A stretch of DNA of 64,000 nt from NCBI GenBank assembly GCA_046581755.1, contig JAYGFR010000103.1, forward strand, positions 1 to 64,000. The letters are read 5' to 3'. This DNA is from Nitrospinota bacterium. GTDB taxonomy: Bacteria > UBA8248. The translations under genes were made by a program, and so were the position numbers. Below the pieces are notes generated by a model. It worked only from the letters and a program-made list of their open reading frames with translations. It was not told where the DNA came from and did no database searches. Below, piece by piece: positions 1 to 11,982 of the stretch. How positions within the stretch are numbered: the first letter of the stretch is position 1; every line of letters begins with the position of its first letter.

Positions 1-1
1 A

Positions 2-366
2 AATGATGTGATTGATCTAAGCATGTCAAATATCAAACGCGAAAAATCTGCTGGTATCTTTAGTTTTGATCTGGTTGGGGAAGATTCCCAAGGTAATTTA
101 GTTATAAGAGACTGCTGAAAAAGTCCCAAAGTGAGCTTCTCCGGACCGATAAAATATCCAATAGTGGCGAATTATATAGAAAAGCTTCTATTATGAAATA
201 ATTTTGGGGGGAGGGGGAATATCTCTTGCCGAATGCCTCCCAGAATAGTTTTTCAGCGGTCTCTATAATTGAAAACCAATTGGAAAAGAGCAATCACGAC
301 CACCTAGGAAAACTCATCACCTATTTAACAGCTGTACAGCTAGTCTTCTTCCCTAACGATCAGTAG
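2..366 (+). pseudogene. Fragment of a PD-(D/E)XK-type putative nuclease (N-terminal domain usually fused to DUF4268), interrupted by a MITE and truncated
   Basis: Frame 2 reads ...REKSAGIFSFDLVGEDSQGNLV. After removing 108-268 it continues in frame IIENQLEKSNHDHLGKLITYLTAV, the recognisable ENQLxxxxHDHLGKLITY motif. It stops at TAG 364-366; the 5' end is outside the window. Confidence 0.75.
108..263. mobile_element. 156-bp MITE (non-autonomous IS derivative)
   Basis: Left end GAGACTGCTGAAAAA versus reverse complement of the right end GAGACCGCTGAAAAA (14/15). TATAA is duplicated at 103-107 and 264-268. Excision restores the host reading frame. Confidence 0.85.
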
Positions 367-394
367 GGTGGGAGGGGATGGTCTTGCGCTAAGT

Positions 395-818
395 TTATGA
401 GGCTTTCGTGAGGGATTTTAGAATTGCGTTCATTATCCAGCTACGAAGACCGCTACTTTCCCATTCGTATACATGATACCCCTTATTCGCCAACCACTCT
501 GTCTTTCCCGGTTGCATTTGATTCGGCAAATGTATTCCAAAAATGGCTTTTTTGTTTTCTATGCTCTTCCGTAGTGCGTATGCACACCATGTGTCGCAGT
601 AGGTGCTCCGGCCGATCAGAAAAACTGTCAAGGCTGAGTGAAGAAGAGCGCTATCAATCAATTCCTTGGTGGCGCCATCTCCTTTTTCCTCGCTTCATTC
701 CAGACGGCTTCATCAAAAAAAAAATGGGACCGGGAATCCGATTTGCTTTGCAGGTATTGTAGACAATGCTCGCATTTTTAAAGTCGGCACACCTGAAGGA
801 AAGGTATATTCGTGCCAC
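395..818 (-). CDS. TIR-like domain protein (Thoeris ThsB/DUF1863 type), frameshifted twice at homopolymers
   Basis: Joining ORFs 654-911 and 395-661 with +1 corrections in the T10 run (715-724) and an A run (~683-687) gives MARIYLSF...IFFDEAVWNEARKKGDGATKELIDSALLHSALTVFLIG...WCAYALRKSIENKKAIFGIHL, matching the ThsB-like pattern. An alternative ATG start is at 842. Confidence 0.7.
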
Positions 819-1013
819 AGCTTGTTTGTTTGGGGTGGGCATTTGGTTCGATTTCTCGGGCAGTTCGAAAATAGACAGTGAAATTGTGCGAAAACGGGAG
901 GACCATGTCAAATTGGGAGTTCCCTAAAAAAGGATCTGCTGCACACTCCGGCCATGGCTCCAGGACTCCCATAGGAAGTTGCAAAACCACCGGCGGCAAG
1001 CCAGCCAAAAAAT

Positions 1014-1043
1014 ACAGAAAACAATTTTGAAAACAATTCGGCC
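1014..1043. repeat. 30-bp direct repeat, copy 1 (downstream of hisG)
   Basis: ACAGAAAACAATTTTGAAAACAATTCGGCC; 28/30 identical to 2162-2191. Confidence 0.75.
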
Positions 1044-1049
1044 CGGATT

Positions 1050-1922
1050 TTAGTAGATGACTTTATTCAACGGATACTCGACGATGCCCTCGGCTCCGGC
1101 CTGCCGGAGCTTGGGTATCAGATCCCGGACCGCATGCTTGTCGATGACGACCTCGATGGCCACCCAATCCGAATCCATCTGGCTCGAGACGGTGGGGGCG
1201 TGAAGCGCCGGGATTTGGCCCGTTACGCCGTCCAGCTTGGATCTGGGAACGTTCATCTTCAGCCCGACCTTGCCGGAGGCCTCGAGCGCCCCCTTCAAGA
1301 GCATCGCGAGCACCTCTATTTTCTGGCGCCGCCAGGGGTCCGCCCAGGCATCGCGGTTGGCGATCAGCTTTGTCGTGGATTCCGCCACCACGTCCACGAT
1401 CCGGAGTCCGTTCGCCCGCAGGGAAGTGCCCGTTTCGGTTCCCTCGACGATGGCATCGACCAGGAGCGGGGCCTTGATCTCCGTGGCCCCCCAGGAAAAC
1501 TCGACCTCCGCCGATACGCCGTGCCCCTGGAGGTACTGTTTCGTTGCCTGGACCAGTTCGGTGGCGATGCGCTTTCCGGCCAGATCCTGGACGGTCCGGA
1601 CGTCCGACTCCTCGGGGACCGCCAGGACCCACCGGTAGGGTTCCGTCGTGGCCTTGCTGTATTCCAGATCATCCACCTCGACGACATCGGCCCGGTTTTC
1701 AAGAATCCAATCCTGGCCGGTAAGGCCCACGTCCAGTATGCCCCGCTCGACGTAGCGGGCAATCTCCTGGGCGCGGAACATCAGGCATTCAATCTCCGGA
1801 TCGTCTATCTCCGGCCGGTAGGATCGGCTCCGGACCCGGATCTTATACCCCGCGTTGGCAAAGAGGGCGATGGTCGAATCCTGGAGGCTCCCCTTGGGGA
1901 GGCCGAGCTTCAGCACACTCAT
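1050..1922 (-). CDS. hisG: ATP phosphoribosyltransferase, long form
   Basis: [39 protein letters not shown], and the C-terminal regulatory domain ending [15 protein letters not shown]. Confidence 0.97.
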   Translation of the reverse strand: MSVLKLGLPKGSLQDSTIALFANAGYKIRVRSRSYRPEIDDPEIECLMFRAQEIARYVERGILDVGLTGQDWILENRADVVEVDDLEYSKATTEPYRWVLAVPEESDVRTVQDLAGKRIATELVQATKQYLQGHGVSAEVEFSWGATEIKAPLLVDAIVEGTETGTSLRANGLRIVDVVAESTTKLIANRDAWADPWRRQKIEVLAMLLKGALEASGKVGLKMNVPRSKLDGVTGQIPALHAPTVSSQMDSDWVAIEVVIDKHAVRDLIPKLRQAGAEGIVEYPLNKVIY

Positions 1923-2161
1923 CTTTTTGGGTTCCCTTTCAATCGTTTGGCGCGGCCGGGCCCGTCAGGCATTCCGGCATTTATCGTTTATGCGGAGCAA
2001 CATAGCACCTCACAGCCTACCCTATCGTTGTCCATCATTCGACTTGGCGCGTTTTGAGGGACGCGCGCCGGCCCTCGGGTGCGGCATCCGCCCTCCACCC
2101 AATAACCCAAAATTCTCGCAGAAATCGCCAAAACTATCGTAGGCAGGCCGGGTCAGCCGAG

Positions 2162-2191
2162 ACAGAAAACAATTTTGAAAATAATTTGGCC
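2162..2191. repeat. 30-bp direct repeat, copy 2 (upstream of hisG)
   Basis: ACAGAAAACAATTTTGAAAATAATTTGGCC. Confidence 0.75.
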
Positions 2192-2243
2192 AAAATTTTT
2201 TTGAATGAAACTTCTGAAATGCCGTTCGAACTTTTCCTTTCAT

Positions 2244-2708
2244 CTAAGCGTCCAGCGGCGGTCCCACTATCTCCATGTTGTATTTCTCGGCCAGGGCTTT
2301 GCCTTTGGCAACGTACGCTTCTGTGTCCGTGACATCGAGATCAACCGCATCATCAAATAACTTCTCAAATCCCGCTGGAGTAAATATGGCGAGTAACTTG
2401 GCGGGCTTTTGCTCGACCCGGGCAAAGGTGTGACGCATTCCCCTGGGGATGCACACGAATGAACCTGCTTTCGCTATAACGGTGCCCTCTCCCAACAGAA
2501 TTTCAACCTCTCCCTTCAGAACATAGAAGGCCTCATCCTCGTTTTTGTGTATGTGTTGCGGCGGTCCGTCGCCGACGAACTCAACTTCGAGCAGTGAATA
2601 CGCGCCGTCCGTGTCCGCTCCAGTCACCTTGTGCGTTACCTTGTGACCTGGCACTAGAACTATTTTGCCCTCTCCCGGTCTGAACACTAAATTCCCGTCG
2701 TCAGACAT
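2244..2708 (-). CDS. Cupin domain protein (quercetin dioxygenase-like)
   Basis: GPPQHIHKNEDEAFYVLKGE and GSFVCIPRGMRHTF cupin motifs; GGAGG RBS before ATG 2708; visibly lower GC than neighbours. Confidence 0.85.
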   Translation of the reverse strand: MSDDGNLVFRPGEGKIVLVPGHKVTHKVTGADTDGAYSLLEVEFVGDGPPQHIHKNEDEAFYVLKGEVEILLGEGTVIAKAGSFVCIPRGMRHTFARVEQKPAKLLAIFTPAGFEKLFDDAVDLDVTDTEAYVAKGKALAEKYNMEIVGPPLDA

Positions 2709-2829
2709 GACTTGTCCTCCATCAAGCGACATTCCGCATTTGGATTCCTCGAATAGAGACATTCTAGCTTGAATCGGCGGCTCCAAAGCAGGGTTCTTTT
2801 CCGGGTCCGGAAAGAAAATACGCCCTCCC

Positions 2830-4122
2830 TCCCACTCCCTGCGCGCCCGCGCCCGGACGCGCCAGATGGCCCCAACGCTGATGAGGCGGGCGGCGCCATG
2901 GCGGCGAAGACCCAGGTCCATCCGCCGGGCACAGCCATGGAGAGCCAGCCGAAGAGCCAGGCCTGGAGGGCGCCGTAGATGTAGCCGTGAACGCTGAGGA
3001 GGCCGGCCCCGCTTCCGGCGAGGCGGCGGCCGACCAGATCCAGGGCCAGGGCGGGGAGCGGGGCGAGGTTGATGGTGAACCCGGAGAGGCAGAGGAGGCC
3101 CGCGGCGAGGGGGATGTTGTCCGGCGGGCTCAGGGCAATCCCGGAAATGGCGGCGCAGCTCAGGAGGCCGGCGAGCATGATGACACGCGAGCGGTTGCTC
3201 CCGAAGAGGCGGTCGGATATGTATCCGCCCGTCAAAGGCCCGAGCATGATCCCGAGCGGGTAGGCGAGGGTGATGAAGGACATCTCCTTCAGGCCGAACC
3301 CGCCCGCCTGGGCATAGTAGACCGGGGGCCAGGAGACGACCCCGTAGCGGACGAGAACGTCCAGGCCCCGGACGTGGCAGGCGGCGAGGAAGCGCCAGTT
3401 GCTCATGACGTGGAGGTAGGCCGCCAATCCCTTTTCAGCGCCGGCCGAGGCCTCCTCGGCGTCGCGCGATACCTCCTCGGACTCGATGTAATCGGGCAGC
3501 TCCACCTGGCCGGGCCAGGCGCGGGCGACGAAAAAAATCATCACCCCCATGAGGGAGACCAGAAGCGGGGGCCAGCGCATGGCCGCGCGCCAGCCGTATT
3601 CGGCGGCCACCCAGGGCGCGATCAGCCAGACGAGGATCATGGCGAGGCCCGCCGCGGTGCTGGCCAGACCGACGGCCCGGCCCCGCTCGCGACGGGACCA
3701 CCACTGGGCGATGAGGCCCAGGCCCGGGGCCAGGTGGCGGCGCCGAAAAACCCGGCCAGCGCCCAGGGGACGAGGAGGCCGTTTACGGACGTGGCGTGGC
3801 TGGCGATGAAGTTGAAGAGGCCGATGCCGGCGGCCCCGTAGAGAAGGAGCACCCGGTAGCCGATCCGCTCGGCGATCCGCCCGTGGAGGAGGCCGCCCAG
3901 GGCGAATCCCCAGAACATCCAGGAGTTGATCCAGCCCGTATCGGCGCGCGTGATTCCCATATCCGCGATGACGGCGGTTTGGATGAGGCTGAAGTTGAAG
4001 CGCCCCAGGTAGCTCAGGGCATAGAAGGCGCAAAAGGCGAGTAGGACCCGCCATTTCCAGCGGCGATGGACGGAGGTCTGGCCCTCTGGTTCGGAGCGGG
4101 GCTCGAAGCCGGGCGCAATCAT
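2830..4122 (-). CDS. MFS transporter, GlpT/UhpC (organophosphate:Pi antiporter)-like, two frameshifts (~3725, ~2895)
   Basis: FYALSYLGRFNFS in ORF 3637-4122; QWWSRRERGRAVG and GYISDRLFGSNR in ORF 2687-4150; about 12 hydrophobic segments. The 3' end is approximate. Confidence 0.8.
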
Positions 4123-4252
4123 CGGGCGGGCCGTTTGTTTTTAAACACAAATTTTTCGAAGATCATTTCAGGACATTTTTATACCGGGCGGGCGGTTTTC
4201 GAAAATCGAGACGGTCACAATTGTGGGGAGAACCCGGACCGGGCGCTCTCGC

Positions 4253-5920
4253 CTAGCGGGGGGCCGTGCGGCGGTCGGGCTTCGCCTCCCAGACCTCGAC
4301 GGGATCGCAGACGTTTTTCAGGGATACCGGGCCCATATATTTGAGGTGGAATTTACCGCCGAGGCGCTCGGCCGTCTCCGGGCCGAGGAGAATCTGCCCC
4401 TCGGTCGCGGTGCCGCAGAGACGGGCGCCCACGTTCGTCACCGGCCCGGTGGCGGTGTAGGTCCACCGCTCCCCCGCCGCGCCCTTGATCCGGGTGGAGC
4501 CCACGTGGGACACCCCCGATCCGATTCCGATGTTCACCTGGATGGGCGGGTGCGATTTCCGCGCATCGTCGATGGCGGCGTTGGCGGCGGCGGTTTTTCC
4601 CGCGATGGCGAGGGCGGCGCGGACGGCTGTGGAGGCGTGCTCATCCGGATTCTCGCCCTGGAAGAGAATCATGAGGCCGTCCCCGGGGTCTCGTTGATAT
4701 CGCCGTTCTCGTTATGGATATCCGTAATAAAGAGGGAGAAATAGCGCTCGATCACTTCGTTCAGCTGCTCGCGGGGGAGCTGTTCGCTGAGGCGGGTGTA
4801 TCCCTCGATGTCCAGGAACATGACGGTGAGGTCTTTCGCCACTTTCTCGAGATCGGGATCGTCCAGATTCTCCTCGACGAGGCTGCTTACCGTGTCGGGC
4901 ACGAAGCGGTCCATCCCCCGCTTGACCTTTTCGAGAAACTCCACCCGATCAAGCGCCTCGGCCAGCTCGCGGTTCCGCTCCTCGAGGGCTTCGTAGCTCT
5001 CGGCGAGGCGCTGGGCGGTGAGGTTGAAGCCCTCCTCCAATGTGCCGATCTCGTCCGTCGCGCTCACCCGCACGCGCGCGGAGAAATCCCCCGCCCGCAG
5101 GCGGGCCATCGCCCCCTCGAGGAGACGTAGGGGGCGGTCCATCGAGTGGGCGACCGCCCAGGCGAGCCAGGCCCCGCCGAGGACGGCGGAGGCCCCGATG
5201 AGCACGATGACGAGGATGACGCGGTTGAGAATCGGGTCGTTCGCCGCGGTCAGCCTGTCCATCCGGATGAGGGCGGTAAAGACCACCGCGCTCAACGGAA
5301 GGAGGCAGATGGCGATCATCTGGAGGAACAGGCGGTGGACGACGCGCACCTTCCAAACCGGTGGTTCCCCTCGATCTCGATATTGACGAACAGGGTGGGC
5401 CAGACGTACCTCCGGCAGAGATAATCGGCGAGAAAATAGACGGTGGCGGCCGCGATGAGGCCGGCGAGCAGGGGGAGGCCGAAGAAATGGGCGGCCATTC
5501 CCAGGGTGATCCGGGGGAACATCGTCCAGATGCGGAAAAAGAACAGGATGTCGATGAGGACCCAGGTCATCAGGCAGAAAGCGGCGAAAGTGACCGGCGC
5601 GTTCCCCCCCCTCTCGACGGCTTCGAGGGACGCGGGGGGGGGGCCTCCTTCTCGGGAGGATTCGACCGTGGGTTCCGAAGCCACGCGTATACGGGCTGGA
5701 GATAGAATGTGCCGGCTGCCATCGGCAGAAGGACGGCCAGGACGGAAACGAAAATCCGAAAAAGAAAAAGCCGGGATGGATCGAAGGGGGGAAGAATGGG
5801 TTTGAGGTCGATCATGGTGTAGACGACCAGCAGGCCGACCATCCTGCAATTGACGAGAAAGACCAGCGGCGGGAGCCACCGAATCCGCTCGGGCCTCAGG
5901 TCGTCTCGGAGATCATCCAT
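4253..5920 (-). CDS. Membrane-bound class III nucleotidyl cyclase with HAMP domain, three frameshifts (~5640, ~5350, ~4685)
   Basis: TM segments, HAMP (RPLRLLEGAMARLRAGDFSARV...DEIGTLEEGFN), TVMFLDIEGYTRLSE, reconstructed NETAGDGLMILF, VNIGIGSG, YTATGPVTNVGARL. Confidence 0.85.
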
Positions 5921-6072
5921 GGAGTCGTTCCCTTAGGTGCGTTTTGGCCGGAGCGAAAGAACAGATTCCCCTTCCCGCCAATACGACCTGATCGGCATAT
6001 AGGATAAGTATATCAAATGTGCCTACAAATTGAACTGGAAGGCGGGGGGGGGGACCCCCGCCGGGGGCGGGA

Positions 6073-6953
6073 TCAGCGGATGCCGTTGCCGAGGCGATCC
6101 CAGCGGACCCAGCGGCTATCGCCCTCGTCGTTGTTCCAGGACCAGTAGATGAAAAAAGCAACGCCGCGGATTTTGGGGTCCCAGCAGGGAGCCGCATAGA
6201 GCGAACAGGGGAACGGTATCCCGATGTATTCGTCCCTGCCGGAGGTATTGGCGTCGATGTATTTCAATCCGACTAAATCCAGGACGCCCCAGGCGGCCCG
6301 CAGAATGGAGTTCCATACCAGGGAAACGATGTTTCCGCTCCCCCCGTAGCCTCGTCCGGGTTTCGTGGGGATGAAAATATCGAGAACCCGGACCTTGATG
6401 TGGTCGAGCCGCTCGCCCTCCTTGAGGAAGCCCCAGTGGCGGCCGTCGGTGCTGTTGTTGCGGTTATCGCCCATGACAAAGTAGCTCCCCGCCGGCACGC
6501 GCTTGGGGGCCGCCGGCGCTCCGGGCCAGTACGACTTGCCATCAGGCCGGTAGATGGCATGGGGCTCGTCCAGGGGGTTGCATTTGTCCGGGGTTTCTGG
6601 GGTCTTGCAATTGATGTAGATGCGCGTCCCCCGGAACAGGATTTCATCGCCTGGCAGCCCCACCACGCGCTTGATAAAGTCGCGGCTCTCGTCCTTGGGA
6701 AAGCGGAAGACGATGACGTCCCCCCGCTCGACGCCGCGGAACCAGTAGATGAACTTGTTGACCAGGATATGGTCGCCGATGAGGAGGGTTTTTTCCATCG
6801 AGCCCGAGGGTATCTTGAACGCCTGGACGACGACCCCGCGCACGAACCCGGCGAGCAGGAGCGCGACGATGATCGCTTCGGCGTATTCGCGGAACGTGGA
6901 TTTTTCGTACCCCCGGGACTCCGCTTTTTTCCCGGCGGCCGCGGCCTCCCCGC

Positions 6954-6957
<4 letters not shown>
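6073..6957 (-). CDS. lepB: Signal peptidase I with a large C-terminal insertion
   Basis: [10 protein letters not shown] (Ser), [11 protein letters not shown] (Lys), [14 protein letters not shown]; overlaps the lepA stop. Confidence 0.93.
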
Positions 6958-8768
<1,811 letters not shown>

Positions 8769-9015
8769 ATCGGCACACCTGGAAAAGAGATGCGGAGCCG
8801 GGAGGCGGCGGTTTCGTTGGACCTGTCAGGTTTCATCTCGCTCCTCGTCAGGTTCCGAAAGTCCGGTCCCGAGAGTCGGGTCCCGGATTCGGCCCCCGGC
8901 CGCACGGGATATCGGGCGGGCCTTGCGTCCGGGGGCTCATCCTATACCAAAGGGAAAGCGGCGCAGTCAATATTTTCCCGGCCAAATGCAGCACCGGCGG
9001 TCGCCCCCGATTTGA

Positions 9016-9045
9016 TTGAGCCTCCCCCCCCAGCGATGGTAGCAT
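9016..9045 (+). promoter_or_regulatory. Candidate sigma70-type promoter for the htrA pair
   Basis: TTGAGC-N18-TAGCAT with a TG extended -10 element, about 40 bp before the ORF. Confidence 0.35.
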
Positions 9046-9082
9046 TAAGGGAAACTCGAAACCTCTAGGCGCAGACCTCTCA

Positions 9083-10510
9083 TTGCCGAACCTGGAAGGA
9101 CATTCGCCAGTGACGCAAAAACCCGGTTTCCCGCGAGCGGCCATCGCCATCGCTCTCCTTGCCTGGGCGCTCCAGCCCATCTGGGCGGTCGGCGCGGCCG
9201 GACCCGTTTTCGGGGACCGCACCTTCATCGAGGCGGCAAAGCGCATCCACCCGTCGGTGGTCCATATCCGGGTGAAAATCCGCCAATCCAGGACGAGCGG
9301 ACTCATGGATCTGTTCAGGCCCGGACGCCGCCAGGATGCCCCGTTCGATTTCGGCCTCTCCGACGGCGCCGCGAGCGTGGGCGCGGGCGTGATCATCTCC
9401 GGGGACGGCTACATCCTGACGAATCATCACGTCATCAAGGATGCCGATCAGATTCAGGTCAAACTCGCCGACGGGGAGGAGCTGCCCGCCAACGTAGTCG
9501 GCTCGGACGAGCAATACGACCTCGCCCTCCTCAAGATCGAGGCCAAGAAAAAGCTGACCCCCGCCACGCTGGGCGATTCGGACGCCGTCGAGGTCGGCGA
9601 ATGGGTGATTGCCGTGGGAAGCCCGTTCGGCCTCTCCCACTCGATGTCGGTGGGCATCATCAGCGCCAAGGGACGGAACCTGAACCAGGGCCCCTACGAC
9701 AATTTTCTTCAGACCGACGCCACGATCAACCCGGGAAACTCGGGCGGACCCCTCGCCAACAGCCGGGGAGAGGTAATTGGAATCAGCACGGCCATTTACA
9801 TGCGCGGTCGCATCAACAAGAGCATGGGCGTGGGCTTCGCCGTCCCCATCAACCAGGCCAAGGCCGTCATCGACGATCTCCGCCACAAGGGATACCCCAT
9901 CCGGGGGCGGCTGGGGGTTTCGGTCGGGAAAGTCGGCTCCAAGGAGCGGGAAAAAATCGGCCTCTCCAGGTTTCAGGGCGCACGCCTCTCCTCGGTCATA
10001 CGCGGGGGGCCGGCGCACAAGGCCGGGCTTCGCCGGGGGGACGTGATCGTCGAGTTCGACAGCAAGCAAGTGGTCACCTGGCAGTCCCTTCCCCGCATCG
10101 TGGCCCGCGCCCGGCCGAAAACCGAGGCGGAGGTCAAATTCTACCGGGGAGGTGATTTAAAGACCGTGCGGGTGCGCATCGGAAGCCTCCCGGACCGCCG
10201 CCAAAAGCGGCGCTCGCGGCTTCAGGTAAAGCTCGGCATGCGGATCGAGGCGCTCACCCCCTACCTCGCCAAACGCTTCCACCTCAAGGACGGCGCGGGC
10301 CTGATCGTCACCTCGGTGAAACGGGGGGGGCCGGCCGAGCGGGGGGGCATTCGCGCGGGCGATGAGTTGCTCGAAATCAACAACACCAAGGTCTCGAAAC
10401 TTCCCGAGGTCAGAAAAATAATCGACCGGGCGAAGGTCAAGGGCTCGGTCCTGTTTCTCCTTCGCCGGAAGGGCTCGAATTTGTTCGCCGCCGTCAGGTT
10501 CAAATCATGA
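9083..10510 (+). CDS. HtrA/DegQ-family serine protease, two PDZ domains
   Basis: Signal peptide, ILTNHHV, YDLALLK, QTDATINPGNSGGPL, PDZ repeats. The true start may be slightly downstream. Confidence 0.93.
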   Translation: MPNLEGHSPVTQKPGFPRAAIAIALLAWALQPIWAVGAAGPVFGDRTFIEAAKRIHPSVVHIRVKIRQSRTSGLMDLFRPGRRQDAPFDFGLSDGAASVGAGVIISGDGYILTNHHVIKDADQIQVKLADGEELPANVVGSDEQYDLALLKIEAKKKLTPATLGDSDAVEVGEWVIAVGSPFGLSHSMSVGIISAKGRNLNQGPYDNFLQTDATINPGNSGGPLANSRGEVIGISTAIYMRGRINKSMGVGFAVPINQAKAVIDDLRHKGYPIRGRLGVSVGKVGSKEREKIGLSRFQGARLSSVIRGGPAHKAGLRRGDVIVEFDSKQVVTWQSLPRIVARARPKTEAEVKFYRGGDLKTVRVRIGSLPDRRQKRRSRLQVKLGMRIEALTPYLAKRFHLKDGAGLIVTSVKRGGPAERGGIRAGDELLEINNTKVSKLPEVRKIIDRAKVKGSVLFLLRRKGSNLFAAVRFKS

Positions 10511-11928
10511 AATACGCCCCCGCGGCGGGGCGCGCGGGGCCGTGGCGCGCGGGGATACTCGCTCTTCTGGCGGCCGCCCTCGCGCTCCCCGGACCCGTGG
10601 AGGCGGGCAAAACCCGGCGCGGCCGCCGGGGGCGCATGAGCCCTGTCGTCCTCGCCGTCAAGCGCTCCGCGCCCGCCGTCGTCAACATCAGCACCCTCCA
10701 GGTGCGCCGGCGCGCGAATCCGTTTGCGCGCTACCGGAACCCGCTGACGGATGAGTTTTTTCGCGACTTTTTCGGGAGACGGCAACCCCGCCGCCGCGAG
10801 CAGAGCCTCGGCAGCGGGGTGATCATCCGGTCCGACGGCTACATCCTCACCAACCAGCACGTCATCTCCCGGGCCGAGAAAATCCGCGTCCAGCTCGCCG
10901 GGAACCGGATCTATTCCGCCCGGATCATCGGTGCCGACCCGGTCAACGATCTGGCCGTCATCAAGATCGAGGCGCCCAGGCCGCTTCCTTTTCTGCCCAT
11001 GGGCCGCTCGGACGATCTGATGATCGGCGAGACCGTGATTGCCATCGGCAACCCGTTCGGGCTCCAGCATACGGTGACGACGGGGGTGGTGAGCGCCGTG
11101 GGCCGCTCCCTGGACAGCGGAAAAAACAGCCGCCGCAACCCCTCGGACTTCATCCAGACCGACGCCTCGATCAACCCGGGAAACTCGGGCGGCCCGCTGC
11201 TCAATATTTTCGGAGAGCTGATTGGAGTCAACACGGCCATCTTCCGGAAGGCCCAGGGGATCGGATTCGCCATCCCGATCGACCGCGCCCGCCGCATCGT
11301 GGACGACCTGATTCATTTCGGGAAAGTGCGCAAGGCCTGGGTGGGGATCGTGCTTCAGGACTTCAGGTCCCGCCTCGCCTCCCGGGTGGGCTTCCCCCGG
11401 AAGCGGGGCGCCATCGTCGCCCAGGTGATCGAAGGCAGCCCGGCCTGGGAGGGGGGAATCCGGCAGGGCGACATTCTCATCGGCTTCGGCGGCAAGAAAA
11501 TTGATTCGCGCAAGGAATACCTGAACGAGCTTGCCGGCTACACCGTGGGCTCCGAGGTGAGCGCGGACATCTGGCGAAAAGGCAAAGTCTTCACCCGCAG
11601 GGTGCGCCTCTCCTCGATCCCCATCGCGCTGGCCGACGCCATCGCCCAGAACTGGCTGGGCATCCGGGTGGCGGCCATCGATGAGAGGAGCCTCCGCCGC
11701 TACCGCATTCAAAGCCGAAACGGGGTGATGGTGACCCGGGTGATCGGGGGAAGCGCCTCGGCCAATATCGGGATTCAGCCCGGCGACGTCATCCGCCAGG
11801 TCAATGGCCAGCCGACGCGGGACATCGAATCGTTCCGCGAGATGGTGGTCCGCGCCCGGGATTTTCCGCGCGTCCAGCTTCTCCTCTACAGGAGCAACCA
11901 GGGCTACACCCTCACCCTCCAGCCCTGA
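10507..11928 (+). CDS. Second HtrA/DegQ-family serine protease, two PDZ domains
   Basis: LGSGVII, ILTNQHV, DLAVIKI, QTDASINPGNSGGPL; ATGA overlap with the preceding gene. Confidence 0.93.
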   Translation: MKYAPAAGRAGPWRAGILALLAAALALPGPVEAGKTRRGRRGRMSPVVLAVKRSAPAVVNISTLQVRRRANPFARYRNPLTDEFFRDFFGRRQPRRREQSLGSGVIIRSDGYILTNQHVISRAEKIRVQLAGNRIYSARIIGADPVNDLAVIKIEAPRPLPFLPMGRSDDLMIGETVIAIGNPFGLQHTVTTGVVSAVGRSLDSGKNSRRNPSDFIQTDASINPGNSGGPLLNIFGELIGVNTAIFRKAQGIGFAIPIDRARRIVDDLIHFGKVRKAWVGIVLQDFRSRLASRVGFPRKRGAIVAQVIEGSPAWEGGIRQGDILIGFGGKKIDSRKEYLNELAGYTVGSEVSADIWRKGKVFTRRVRLSSIPIALADAIAQNWLGIRVAAIDERSLRRYRIQSRNGVMVTRVIGGSASANIGIQPGDVIRQVNGQPTRDIESFREMVVRARDFPRVQLLLYRSNQGYTLTLQP

Positions 11929-11982
11929 TCCCCTTCGGCCGAATTCGCCCCACCGGCCCTGAGCCCCTCCAGCCCCGAGCCC

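Noticed and set aside
1923..2243. Possible His leader peptide upstream of hisG
   Set aside because: No His-codon run and no terminator with a T tract were found.
6175..6423. LepB insert as an intein
   Set aside because: It lacks an N-terminal Cys/Ser and a C-terminal His-Asn, and is too short.
8860..8940. GGACGCAAGGCC in the lepA leader suggested a c-di-GMP-I riboswitch
   Set aside because: The GGCAAAC...GAAA arm is absent; the sequence is explained by a single GC hairpin (GCCCCCGG...CCGGGGGC).
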